This document shows positions 55,301-64,000 of a DNA stretch of 64,000 nucleotides, in pieces; positions within the stretch are counted from its first letter, which is position 1, and the number at the start of each line of letters is the position of its first letter. The notes beneath the pieces were generated by a model. The model made no database searches and was not told where the DNA came from. It saw only the letters and a program-made list of their open reading frames with translations. The DNA comes from Lama guanicoe. Taxonomy: Eukaryota. The stretch covers positions 62,001-126,000 of the forward strand of contig MU053574.1 in the NCBI GenBank assembly GCA_013239625.1, read 5' to 3'. The position numbers and the translations under genes were made by a program.

Positions 55301-58300
55301 CCTCCTCCACGTCTGGACCGCAGCGTCCAGCGGCTGCGCGGGCACCTCGTCCTCCTCGAAGTTGACGAAGATGGCGTTGTGGGGGCGCCGGGCCCGGCTC
55401 AGGCCGATGAGGTTCTCGCCTGAGATGGGGGGGTTGTTGTAGCCTTCCCTGGGGGCAGAGAGCGTGTCTGGGGCAGCAGCGCCAGGCGCGGGCCTGGCCA
55501 GACACCGGCGGCCCACGCTCGTGTGCTTTTCCCTGCAATCTGGGTGAGGAGAGGACCTCAGCGCCAGCCGCTGAGGGCAGGGGCCTGAGTTCCCAGGCCG
55601 GTCTCTGGGAGAAGCGGCGGCGGCTCTGAGGCCCAGCAAGGCCAAAAGGTCCCAGACGCTGGGGAGCAGGGAAGGGCTCCTGTCGTGAGGTTGGTGCCCT
55701 CACAACTGCTCAAGTCCAGCCAGTGAAAAGCTGGAAACAACCTAAATGCCCATCAGGCGGGGATGGGGAAGTCAGGTGGGGCACAGACACATAGGACACG
55801 GGGATCAGCTGTCAGACAACAGCGGTACTTAATGATGTCTACAGCTCACTTGCTTGACCCTGAAAACTATCCTATGGGGGAAGGATCCATTTTCCCATGA
55901 AGTCACTGAGGCCACAGGGCTTGGAAACCCAACGAGAGCAGAGCTCAAGGGAACGGAGCTGGGACTTGAGCCAGGGAGGCTGGGGGCCGCCAACCACCGT
56001 CCTGCCACGCCTGCCAGAGCCTGAGTCTCCGGCCTGGGAGCATCTCGACGTCACCAAGGAAAGGAGGGACAGAGGCTACTGAATGGTCTCGTCCCACAGC
56101 ACAGAGGTTAAAATGGGCTCTGCCACAAGCAGGTCTCCCTCCACGTGAGCACAGAGCATGCAGGGAGACGAGCCCTGGGGTCTCAGAGCGCCCACCTCTG
56201 AGGAGGGATGTCAGGAACGCCGCCCCTACGCTAGAGCGGGGAAACAGGATGAGGAGCCCCCAAAGCCCACCGCCAGCTTTAACAATCACTGTCACGTGGC
56301 TGATTTCACGTCATCCAGACTGCACCCCGGACCCGCTCAGCCACTCTGAGGGATATTTCAGAGTATGTCCTGGATGTCATATGACAACACTGAGGTGATC
56401 ACCACCTTTTAAACGTGTTCCATTTTACCTTAATTTTCTACATGAGTACAGACCATTGCAAATCTGTGCCTTTTTTTAAAACGTGACTCCATTTGCTTGC
56501 GATTTGTAGATATACACAACTATATATAAAAAAGATAAACAGCGAGGTCCTACTGTAGAGCCCAGGGAACTATATTCAGTATCTTATAATAGCCTATAAT
56601 AGAAAAGAATCTGAAAAAGAATATACATGTATATGTATAAGTGACACTGCTGTACACCAGAAACTGACACAACACTATAAATCAACTCTACTTCAATTAA
56701 AAACACAAAACAAAACACATGACACCACTGGAAACCACCCTGAACAGCAACACTATCCTGTTTTCAAAGACACCTCCTGAAGCCCCAGACACCCAAGGAG
56801 AGATCCTGGCGGCTCCAAACCAGGAGCAGGAGCAGGAGCAGGAGGGAGCCGGCGGCCTCCACTGGCCCTCCTCCCCACCAACTGGCCTGAGGAGGAGGGA
56901 CCCCCATTAGGCCAGCCTCCTCCCCGCCAGCCCTCGGGGCCCCAGCAAGGCCAGCAGAGCAGAAAAATCAATAGCAGCCTTGGGAGAAACGGCAGGTTCT
57001 TTCCATGTGCTGGAAAATCGACAGACCACGTGGGAGGAAAACAGGGCCTCTGGGTCAAGGGCAGCTGGCCCTCCGCCCTCATCCCCTCCCAGAAGCTGGG
57101 GGACAGCTGTCTGCTGGCCCCGCAGGACAGACTGACTCAGACGCTGCCATCCAGTGCCAGGCCAGCAATGCGGATCCAGGGTGGGGGGCTCTAGTTCCTT
57201 CTTGTACGCATTTCTGTTTATTTCTGACTGTAAAAGTAAAATGCTCGTGGGGCAAAAAGTCAAAATATTTCATAAATATGTAAATTTAAAAAACAGACTG
57301 TATCTCCCCCTGCTTAAAACTCCCGTACCGCAGATAATACAGGCACAGCAAACTCTCACTCAGCACGCTAGTTTCTGGCGGGGGGGCGGTGTGACCCGCT
57401 TCTCTCTAGCTACACGCTTCGGCACCGTTCGACTTTCTCTGTCTCCTGCAATCACAGAGTGGGGCGGGGGAACTTTATGGACCCAACAGGCCTGAGAGAC
57501 GTCAACCAAAGCCACCCGCACGGCCCTGGTCTGGCTCCTGAGTCACTTTTGAGACAAATGGAAAATGGAACAAGGACTAGTCCTGGGTGACATTAAAGAA
57601 CATTGTCGCATTTGCTCCTTACGATAATAGTACTCTGGTGAAGTTAAAAAAAAAAGTCCTTCCCTGTTAGAGACCCACACTGACTTGTTTCTGGAGGATG
57701 AGCTGTGATGCTGGGGGGGGGGAGGCGGGGCAGGGAGCAGGCGGCAGAAGGCTGCTGATCACTGAAGCCGGTGCTGCAGGTGAGGGTGCATCAGACAACT
57801 CTCCACCTGTGGAACTCCCCATAATATGTTTTCAAAGGGAAAGAACAGTACATCTTTCTCTTTAGGACAGAATCTAAGCACCGTACTGCGGCCTACGGGA
57901 CCCCCACCCCACCACGCTCTTGGCTTGCTCTGCTTTGCAGGCAATGCCCCCGACTGTTCCTGTGCCAACCCCTACCCCGTGTCTGGATTGTTCTCCCTGG
58001 GTCTTCACCTGCCCGGCTCTGTCATCAAGAGGCCTGTTTCAAAGGTCAGCTCCTCCCAGGGCCCTAACCCCCACACTCACTGCCCATTACCGCCCACTCC
58101 TCTCTTACAGCCTTCAAGGCACACATCTGTGCACAGGCCCCACCGTCCGCTCACCCTTCACTCAGGCTCCATCCGGCTCCGAACCCCCGGCCCAGCACAG
58201 AGCCTCCCCTGACGTGTTCCCGCTGATGCCAGCTCCAAGGGGAGCCTGGGCCCTGATGGGCGGTCAGTCCCCGTGAATGGAAGTATTTAGGGAGGAGAGA

Positions 58301-61300
58301 GAAGGTTCTCGTCCTCCCACCCCTCCAGAGACAACTATTCTGGGCCCAATCTTCCAAATTTTTCTAGGCTTCTAGAATCACCCCCCAATTTATTTTTATG
58401 CCACAGACTCTGCCTGAACACCTACTAGAGCAAGGTTCTCTGGACGCATGCTGCGTCAGCCCACGGAGCCTGCTCTCCTGCAGGCTGTGCGGTCTTCCTG
58501 GGCACGAACAGGCCATTAGTGGGCCGATCACTTACTTGTCGGACTCCGCCAGGCACTCACTGTCATAAGTATTTCAGAAAACGGCAGTCCTTTAGCCCCC
58601 CGACAGCACAGGGAAGCGGCACTGTTATCACCAGCCCCGTTACAGGCGGAAGGCTGGCACGGGAGGTCCAGGCTCACTCGGGATTGCATGCCAGCACCCG
58701 AACACAGGCCCCAGCTCACCTGGGCTCTCCCACACCAGGCCCTCTCAGCTTCCTGCTGCTGCCCATAACAACCAGGAAATGTGCCAAGTGTGTTTCTGAG
58801 CTCTGATCGTCGCTGTGGGATAGGCTTCTACAGGCAGCACTGCTAGGCCAACAGGGAGGAGCCTATGAAACTGTAACAGACCCCGCCAGGCTGCTCTCCA
58901 AAAGAGCCGGCCTCCCTCCTGGTGCCCTTTCAGTGCGGGGGTCTGTCTCTCCGCACCTCAAGGTACACGCTTTCGGGGCTGGGTCTTCACGTTCAAAGGT
59001 GACATCCTGATTCACACTCCGTGGTGTGGGGACAGCTCTGAGCAAGGCCTCCGGGTGGGGCACAGGGACCAGGGCTTGTTCCTGACACTTCTCGTCAGGG
59101 TCCCTCATCACTGGCTACTCTGCCGCTGGAGGCGCTGGGGCCATGGGCCTGAGTGAAGCCAGCCACCCTGGCCACCTGCCCCATGAGTGGCAGAGTCGAG
59201 CCCTCTTACCGCAGGGCCCTGGCTCTGAACCCCAATGCTGCAGGGAGCTGGGAGTACCTACCGGTGCTGTGTCTCTGGTCGATAGAAGTAGTCCACTGGG
59301 GTGTCCAGCCTGGAGAAGATGGGTGGGGGGATGTAGAGGGGCAGCTCCTGGTGGAAGAAAGTCTCCTTCTCAGGCTTGAGCATGAGAACCTTATCATACA
59401 TGGACATGTGCCCGCCGCCTGCGTCCGTGTGCACAGCCAGGTACTGGAAGTCGGACATTCCTGGAAAGAGACGGGACAGACACCCTATCACACCTGCCCA
59501 GGCGTGGCAGTGGCCACGCACCGACACCCACACCTTCTCGAGGGTCCTGAACCAGCCCCATGGGGGAGGCTGCTGGGCAGCAGTGGCAGGAGCCAAAACC
59601 ACCCCTGCGAGTCGCTCCTGTGAACTCAGCCCAATGCACTGCAAGTCACTCGGATAAGTATTTTGGAGGCAGGGGGTTACATGACATGTGATGATGAAGT
59701 CTAGGCTTGTGTGCCTCAAAATGTTAGGCGCACGTGACTCACCCAGGATCTTGCTGAATACAGATTCTGAGACGCTGCATTTCTAACAAGCTCCCAGGTG
59801 AGGCCGATGCTGCTGGCCCAGGGACACACATGGAAGGGGAGATGCTGGCTCCATCAGAGAGAGAAAACACGATCACTTGGAAAGCCTCATCCTGGGAAGG
59901 ACAGCCCTCTCGGCGGATACCAGAATGACGGCCAGAATGACCGACATTCAAAAGGCCCAACACGTGGGATCCCAGGCCGTCTTGGTTTCCTTACGCTTTC
60001 TATCCCCTCCTTCCTCTCTGAGTCTTTAGCCTCTTCAGAGTCTATCTCAAGAACTGCAGCTGCAACTACAGACCTTCTGAAGGCTTGTTAGTAACCTGCC
60101 GAGTGCCTCCAGTGTGTGGGAACCGGCCCTTAAACAGGCATTATCTCCCTGAATCTCCCCGAATCTCCCCAAGGCTTTAAGGAACTCAGGGCTCCGGCCG
60201 CCCAGACAAGGAGGCCGAGGCTGAGGGCAGCCAAGCTACCTGCCCAGAGAGACTCGCAGAGCTGGCGCAGGCACCACGCCCAAGCCCATGTTCTTTCTGA
60301 CTCCCCTTCCTCATCCCACGCCTACTGCCTCCTCACAGGAGTTCCCTGGGGGCGGCAAACTCAGGTGAGGACCCCACAGGAGATATTCAGTCCACTGAGA
60401 GTTCACAGGACATGAGATCCCAAGGGAAGTCATCTGGGAAGGCTTTAGAGGGAAGGCAAGACCAGCAGCCATCAAGACCGAGAAGGTTCCCAAACACCGG
60501 GGGCTGAAAAGTAGAGGCCTGCTGATTAGTTTTATTTGGCCCCAAATAATGGCTTTAAAAACAAGATTTCTCAGAGAACTCCAGTTCCCTAAAGAATGCA
60601 GAAAGCCAGGCAACAATGAGCCCACAGACTGCAGGGAGCTGCTGGCTGGAGGGAGGAGAGTCTGCCTCCTGGATGGGGCCTGCACTATGCCACCCCCTCG
60701 TCCCCTACCCACAGCAGGGTGTGAATGGCCCACACACTCCTGCAGGTATGAGGGACACACGCCCTGAAATAACTCAGTGCAGGAAGAACTGCACTTTGCA
60801 GTTACCTTGAAATTTGTAAACGGTGGAGACAATGCCAAGGACCTCCACGTCGACTGTGACCTCGGGGTGAGCCTCAAGCCCTGGGGCCCCCCTCCGCTGC
60901 CTCGTCTTCCTCCTGACCCGGAGCAGCAGGCTGCTGGAACCAAAGCGGTTGGCACACACCGGGTGGCAGTAGGGGTCCTTGGGCCGGAAGTACAGCTCCA
61001 GCCTCTTGGTAGGGTCAGTATAGATCTGTGGTGAAGCAGTGACCAGCTAAGCAGGCAGCAGGAAACTGCTCCCCTCTCAACAAAATCCCAATGGGAACCC
61101 AGGTGGCCAGGGCCAGAAGCTCGTGTTTCATTCTCAGCTTTTAATTCCCAAAAGATTCATTTGTTTTTTTTAATGGAGTTACTGAGGATGGAACCCAGGA
61201 CCTCATGCATGCTAAGCATGCGCTCAACCACTGAGCTATACCCACCCTCCAAGAATCATTTTTCAAACCCAAGACTTAGGAATCCCTTTGCATGAAACAC

Positions 61301-62768
61301 AGGTCTATAGACTGTTAGGGTGGGAATGATCCCAGAAGTGAGCCAGGCCCAGAGGAGGTGCACCAGAAACAGGCATGGAATGAATGAATGACCAGTCTCT
61401 TGCCAAAGGGCTCACACTAAAACTGGGGGGCTGACATCCCCAGGGTTAGTGGGAGGGTCCTGTCAATGCCGCAGTAAAGTAAGTCAGGATAAAAGGATAA
61501 AGCATGACTGACTGGGTCTCGGCAGGCATCTTGTGCTTAATGACAAGTTCACGGTTTTTAACATCCATAAAGGATGAGGAGGCAGAGTTAAGATTTCAGA
61601 GGGAGGCGAGCATGAGTTCAAATCCCCACTGTACCATGTAGGAACTTATTTGATCCAATCTTTCTTCCTGTGTCTTTATCTGAAAAATGGGAATAATAAT
61701 GTTACCTAACTCACTAGAAAATGTTGTGAAAATTCAATCTTGCATTTGACAAGTATTATAGATGTTAGAACTAAGGGAGTGAATGAAAGAGACAAGGTCC
61801 TGCTCTCATGGAGTTTACAGCCTCAGAGCCAAGGATCCTAGACAGACAATAAACACATTAAAACATAATTTCATACTGGAATTAGCAGGTTGAGTCGGTA
61901 GATGTTAACTGCTAGCAGCCACTTTACTGAGGGCAGGCAGAGAAGGGCTCTCTAAAGGAGACACTTCAAGGTCTGATGCATGTAATGCACTTACACATAG
62001 AGCTTTGTATAAGGTAAGAATCCATCCCAGCCCCACTATTTGCCGCATAAACACATTGCCTTGGTTTCTTTGCAAAAATTAGGACACTGACAGTTTCTAC
62101 CTGGCAGGGTTCTAATGAGGACTGAATGTAAGTAAGTAAAAGCACCTAGAACTGTGCCTGGAACAGAGTAAGTTGTTAGCTATTACCACCTTCAACCCTA
62201 ATAACATAATCCTTAGCCCTCCTCTCACGCAGGTCAATGGTTCTTCATCTACCCATTCCTCAGGTTTCTGCCCCAGCTTTCTGCCTCAGCGAAATGAGGA
62301 TGTGGCAGCCCAGCACATCCGGGGGGGGGGGGCTGCAGCTGAGCTGCGTTCAAGACAGGGATGCGGAAGCTGCGGCTCATCCGAGGATGGGATGGAAAAG
62401 ACATTCCCCTCCTTGGATCTCCTCTGCAGACCTTTCCCCTCAGCTCCCGGGGAAAACGGTCCGCGCCCGGCGAACTCAGAAGCAAACCCCGCCCATGGCC
62501 GCCCGAGCCTGCCTCAGGCTCAGTTTCTCGCCAAGGAAACCACACATCCCGCCCCTCCGGCGTCGTCCCCCGACTCAGTCCTCCCCCCGGTCCCCGGAGG
62601 CTCCTCGCTCCTCACCCGGGAGACGCTTTCCTCGCCGCCCAAGGTCTGCATCATCTTGGACACGTCGCGCACCACGCCCGGGTACTCCACACACACCATG
62701 CGCCGCTCGCGCGGCAGCTCCAGGGGCACCGCGACCCCTGTCCCCGCGCCGGCCACCCCCGCCGCCAT
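49206..62768 (-). CDS. GTF3C5: General transcription factor IIIC subunit 5 (TFIIIC63), 11 exons, 516 aa
   Basis: Exons (minus) 62768-62616, 61025-60806, 59460-59262, 55448-55253, 54115-54011, 52971-52857, 52405-52325, 52206-52109, 50971-50889, 50236-50094, 49363-49206 (1551 nt, GT-AG). MAAGVAGAG...RRMVCVEYPGVVRD...GPWRSLWIRYGYDPRK...acidic tail EMETEILDYV*. Confidence 0.97.
50094..50236 (-). CDS. GTF3C5: GTF3C5 exon 10
   Basis: LQKIICRNDGAENSCTERDGWCLPKTSDDLRDAMSLMIRQTIRSKRP. Confidence 0.95.
50889..50971 (-). CDS. GTF3C5: GTF3C5 exon 9
   Basis: DSVYVFREGALPPYRQMFYQLCDLHVD. Confidence 0.95.
52109..52206 (-). CDS. GTF3C5: GTF3C5 exon 8
   Basis: SQLVTMHDLKQGLGPSGTPSTRKLTSNKYKLK. Confidence 0.93.
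52325..52405 (-). CDS. GTF3C5: GTF3C5 exon 7
   Basis: YASSDMPVKAKRSAYNYSLPITVKKT. Confidence 0.94.
52857..52971 (-). CDS. GTF3C5: GTF3C5 exon 6
   Basis: ITGPWRSLWIRYGYDPRKHPGAKIYQVLDFRIRCGIKY. Confidence 0.95.
54011..54115 (-). CDS. GTF3C5: GTF3C5 exon 5
   Basis: LFEIRPIWSRNAVKANISVHPDKLKVLLPFMAYYM. Confidence 0.95.
54116..54180 (-). ncRNA. Candidate 5'-tailed mirtron hairpin, syntenic homolog of human MIR6877
   Basis: G-rich arm and C-rich arm ending at the exon 5 acceptor AG; sequence GCTGCTTGTGCTCATCTCAGCCCCTGCCTTGACCCCCAG resembles recalled hsa-mir-6877. Confidence 0.35.
55253..55448 (-). CDS. GTF3C5: GTF3C5 exon 4
   Basis: EGYNNPPISGENLIGLSRARRPHNAIFVNF...EEELRK. Confidence 0.95.
56510..56716 (+). 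mobile_element. Short 5'-truncated L1 3' end
   Basis: GGTCCTACTGTAGAGCCCAGGGAACTATATTCAGTATCTT...CTACTTCAATTAAAA; reverse-complement homolog of the 11.4-11.9 kb element. Confidence 0.8.
59262..59460 (-). CDS. GTF3C5: GTF3C5 exon 3
   Basis: MSDFQYLAVH...PPPIFSRLDTPVDYFYRPETQH. Confidence 0.95.
59705..59840. mobile_element. MER5A-like hAT remnant
   Basis: CTGCATTTCTAACAAGCTCCCAGGTGAGGCCGATGCTGCTGG. Confidence 0.75.
60806..61025 (-). CDS. GTF3C5: GTF3C5 exon 2
   Basis: IYTDPTKRLELYFRPKDPYCHPVCANRF...STVYKFQ. Confidence 0.95.
61160..61250 (-). mobile_element. tRNA-derived SINE in GTF3C5 intron 1
   Basis: GAACCCAGGACCTCATGCATGCTAAGC...CCACTGAGCTATA; imperfect TSD AAGA(T/A)TCATTT. Confidence 0.85.
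61590..61745. mobile_element. MIR SINE remnant
   Basis: GAGTTCAAATCCC...TTTATCTGAAAAATGGGAATAATAATGTTACCT. Confidence 0.7.
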
Positions 62769-63600
62769 CCCGGCCCGTCTGGTGGGGCCGCCGCAGCCTG
62801 TCCCTCCACGCGTTCCCAAAGGCCTAGCCTCAATGGTTCCGCGAAGGAATCGTTCCGGGGTCCTTCCCTGCTCGGGTCTCTCTAAATCCCTGAGTTTTGC
62901 GAGGCCCGAAGGCCTCTAGGAACAAACGCCCATGGAGAGGTCCCAAGACTTCAGGGTACACCCGCCGGTCCTTAACTTTGTGTTTAAAATGATGCGGGTT
63001 AGAGCCCGAGGGGCGGGGAAGGACCTGTCTCTCCCACCAACCTGAGAGGGACCGGGTTGTTTGTAAGACACCGCCCGGTCCTCGACTTTAGCCAATGAGA
63101 ACCCGAGGGCCAAGCAGAGTTTTTTTTAGCCAACGAAGAGTCGGGAGGAGCCCCTCCAGCGTCCACCCCCTCCATAGGTTTAGCCAATAACGAACCAGGA
63201 CTAGGCCAGGTTCCCGCCTCTTTCTCGGATTCCACCCAATGACAGCCCGGGGGCGAGACAAAGAAAGACTTCCGGTCCGCCCTCTTGCACGGGAAGGTCC
63301 CCGTAAAGAATTATTTCCGGAACCCGGGTAAGCGGGGAGGTTTTGTCCGGGCTCGGACCTCCGCTCCTGCTGGCTGCCCCAGGATGAGCTTTCTGGCGGC
63401 GCGTGGAGGCCGCGAGGAGTTTGATGTGAAAACGGCGAGCGCGGGGGAACTGCGCTTGGAAGGCTCGCCTGCCTCCACGCACAGGGAGCCCGGAAGCGCC
63501 CTCCGCGCGGGAGCTTGGGGCGGAATGCGGGCGTCGGCCCTTCATTTCTCGGACAGTTACTCCTCGCCTGCTGTGCCGGGCACCACTCAAACCCAACAGA
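62400..63600. promoter_or_regulatory. CpG-island promoter of GTF3C5 with CCAAT and ETS sites
   Basis: CpG-dense; CCAAT at 63092, 63184 and 63236 (CCAAC variant at 63130); ETS-like ACTTCCGGT at 63268 and CCGGAAG at 63490; TTCCGGAA palindrome at 63315. Confidence 0.75.
62616..62768 (-). CDS. GTF3C5: GTF3C5 exon 1
   Basis: MAAGVAGAGTGVAVPLELPRERRMVCVEYPGVVRDVSKMMQTLGGEESVSR. Confidence 0.93.
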
Positions 63601-64000
63601 AGCATTAAGTGAGCGGCTGTGTGAGAGACCCTGAAGCGAGGGACAGGGACCATTCTAGGAAGTGACGGAAGACAAAACTATCTGGAGCAAAGTGAGGGGA
63701 GACGAAGAGTCGGAGGTCGACATAGGTCAGACAGATCCTAAAAACGATGTACCTAACGGGTTGGCTTTCTCTGAGTGCGATGGAAAGCCCTTGAAGGCTT
63801 TTGTGCAGGGAGTGCCGGATCTGATCTATGCGTTTAAAAGACTCTATGGCTGTTGAGTAGAGAGTAGACCAAAGAGGGCAAAAGTGGACTGAGATGAAAG
63901 CAGCTGACAGGCTGCGTAATCTAGGCAAGAGATGCTGCCCCGGCCGGGGAAGTGGCAGTGAGGATGGAAAGAAGAGACTGGATTTGAGAATATTAGGAGA

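Noticed and set aside
62173..62919. Long + strand ORFs overlapping GTF3C5 exon 1
   Set aside because: They are antisense open frames typical of CpG islands and start in repeat-derived sequence.

Overview
Mammalian, GC-rich genomic DNA carrying the conserved GTF3C5-CEL-RALGDS block. It is most likely camelid, inferred from six copies of a short tRNA-derived SINE. Three intact multi-exon genes can be assembled by hand with GT-AG introns and consistent phases: RALGDS (+, 18 coding exons, 6128-28599, 884 aa), CEL/bile-salt-activated lipase (-, 11 exons, 43831-35195, 589 aa) and GTF3C5/TFIIIC63 (-, 11 exons, 62768-49206, 516 aa). The rest is introns and intergenic DNA with SINE, L1, LTR and DNA-transposon remnants. 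Almost all entries in the ORF track are chance open frames in GC-rich DNA. I see no evidence for a wholly new biological system. The best leads are: substitutions clustered around the CEL catalytic triad; a minimal two-repeat CEL mucin tail; a stop-free in-frame RALGDS intron; a candidate tailed mirtron in GTF3C5; and a candidate divergent transcript at the GTF3C5 promoter. Ortholog comparisons and repeat-family names are from recalled sequences, not from searches, and repeat boundaries are approximate.
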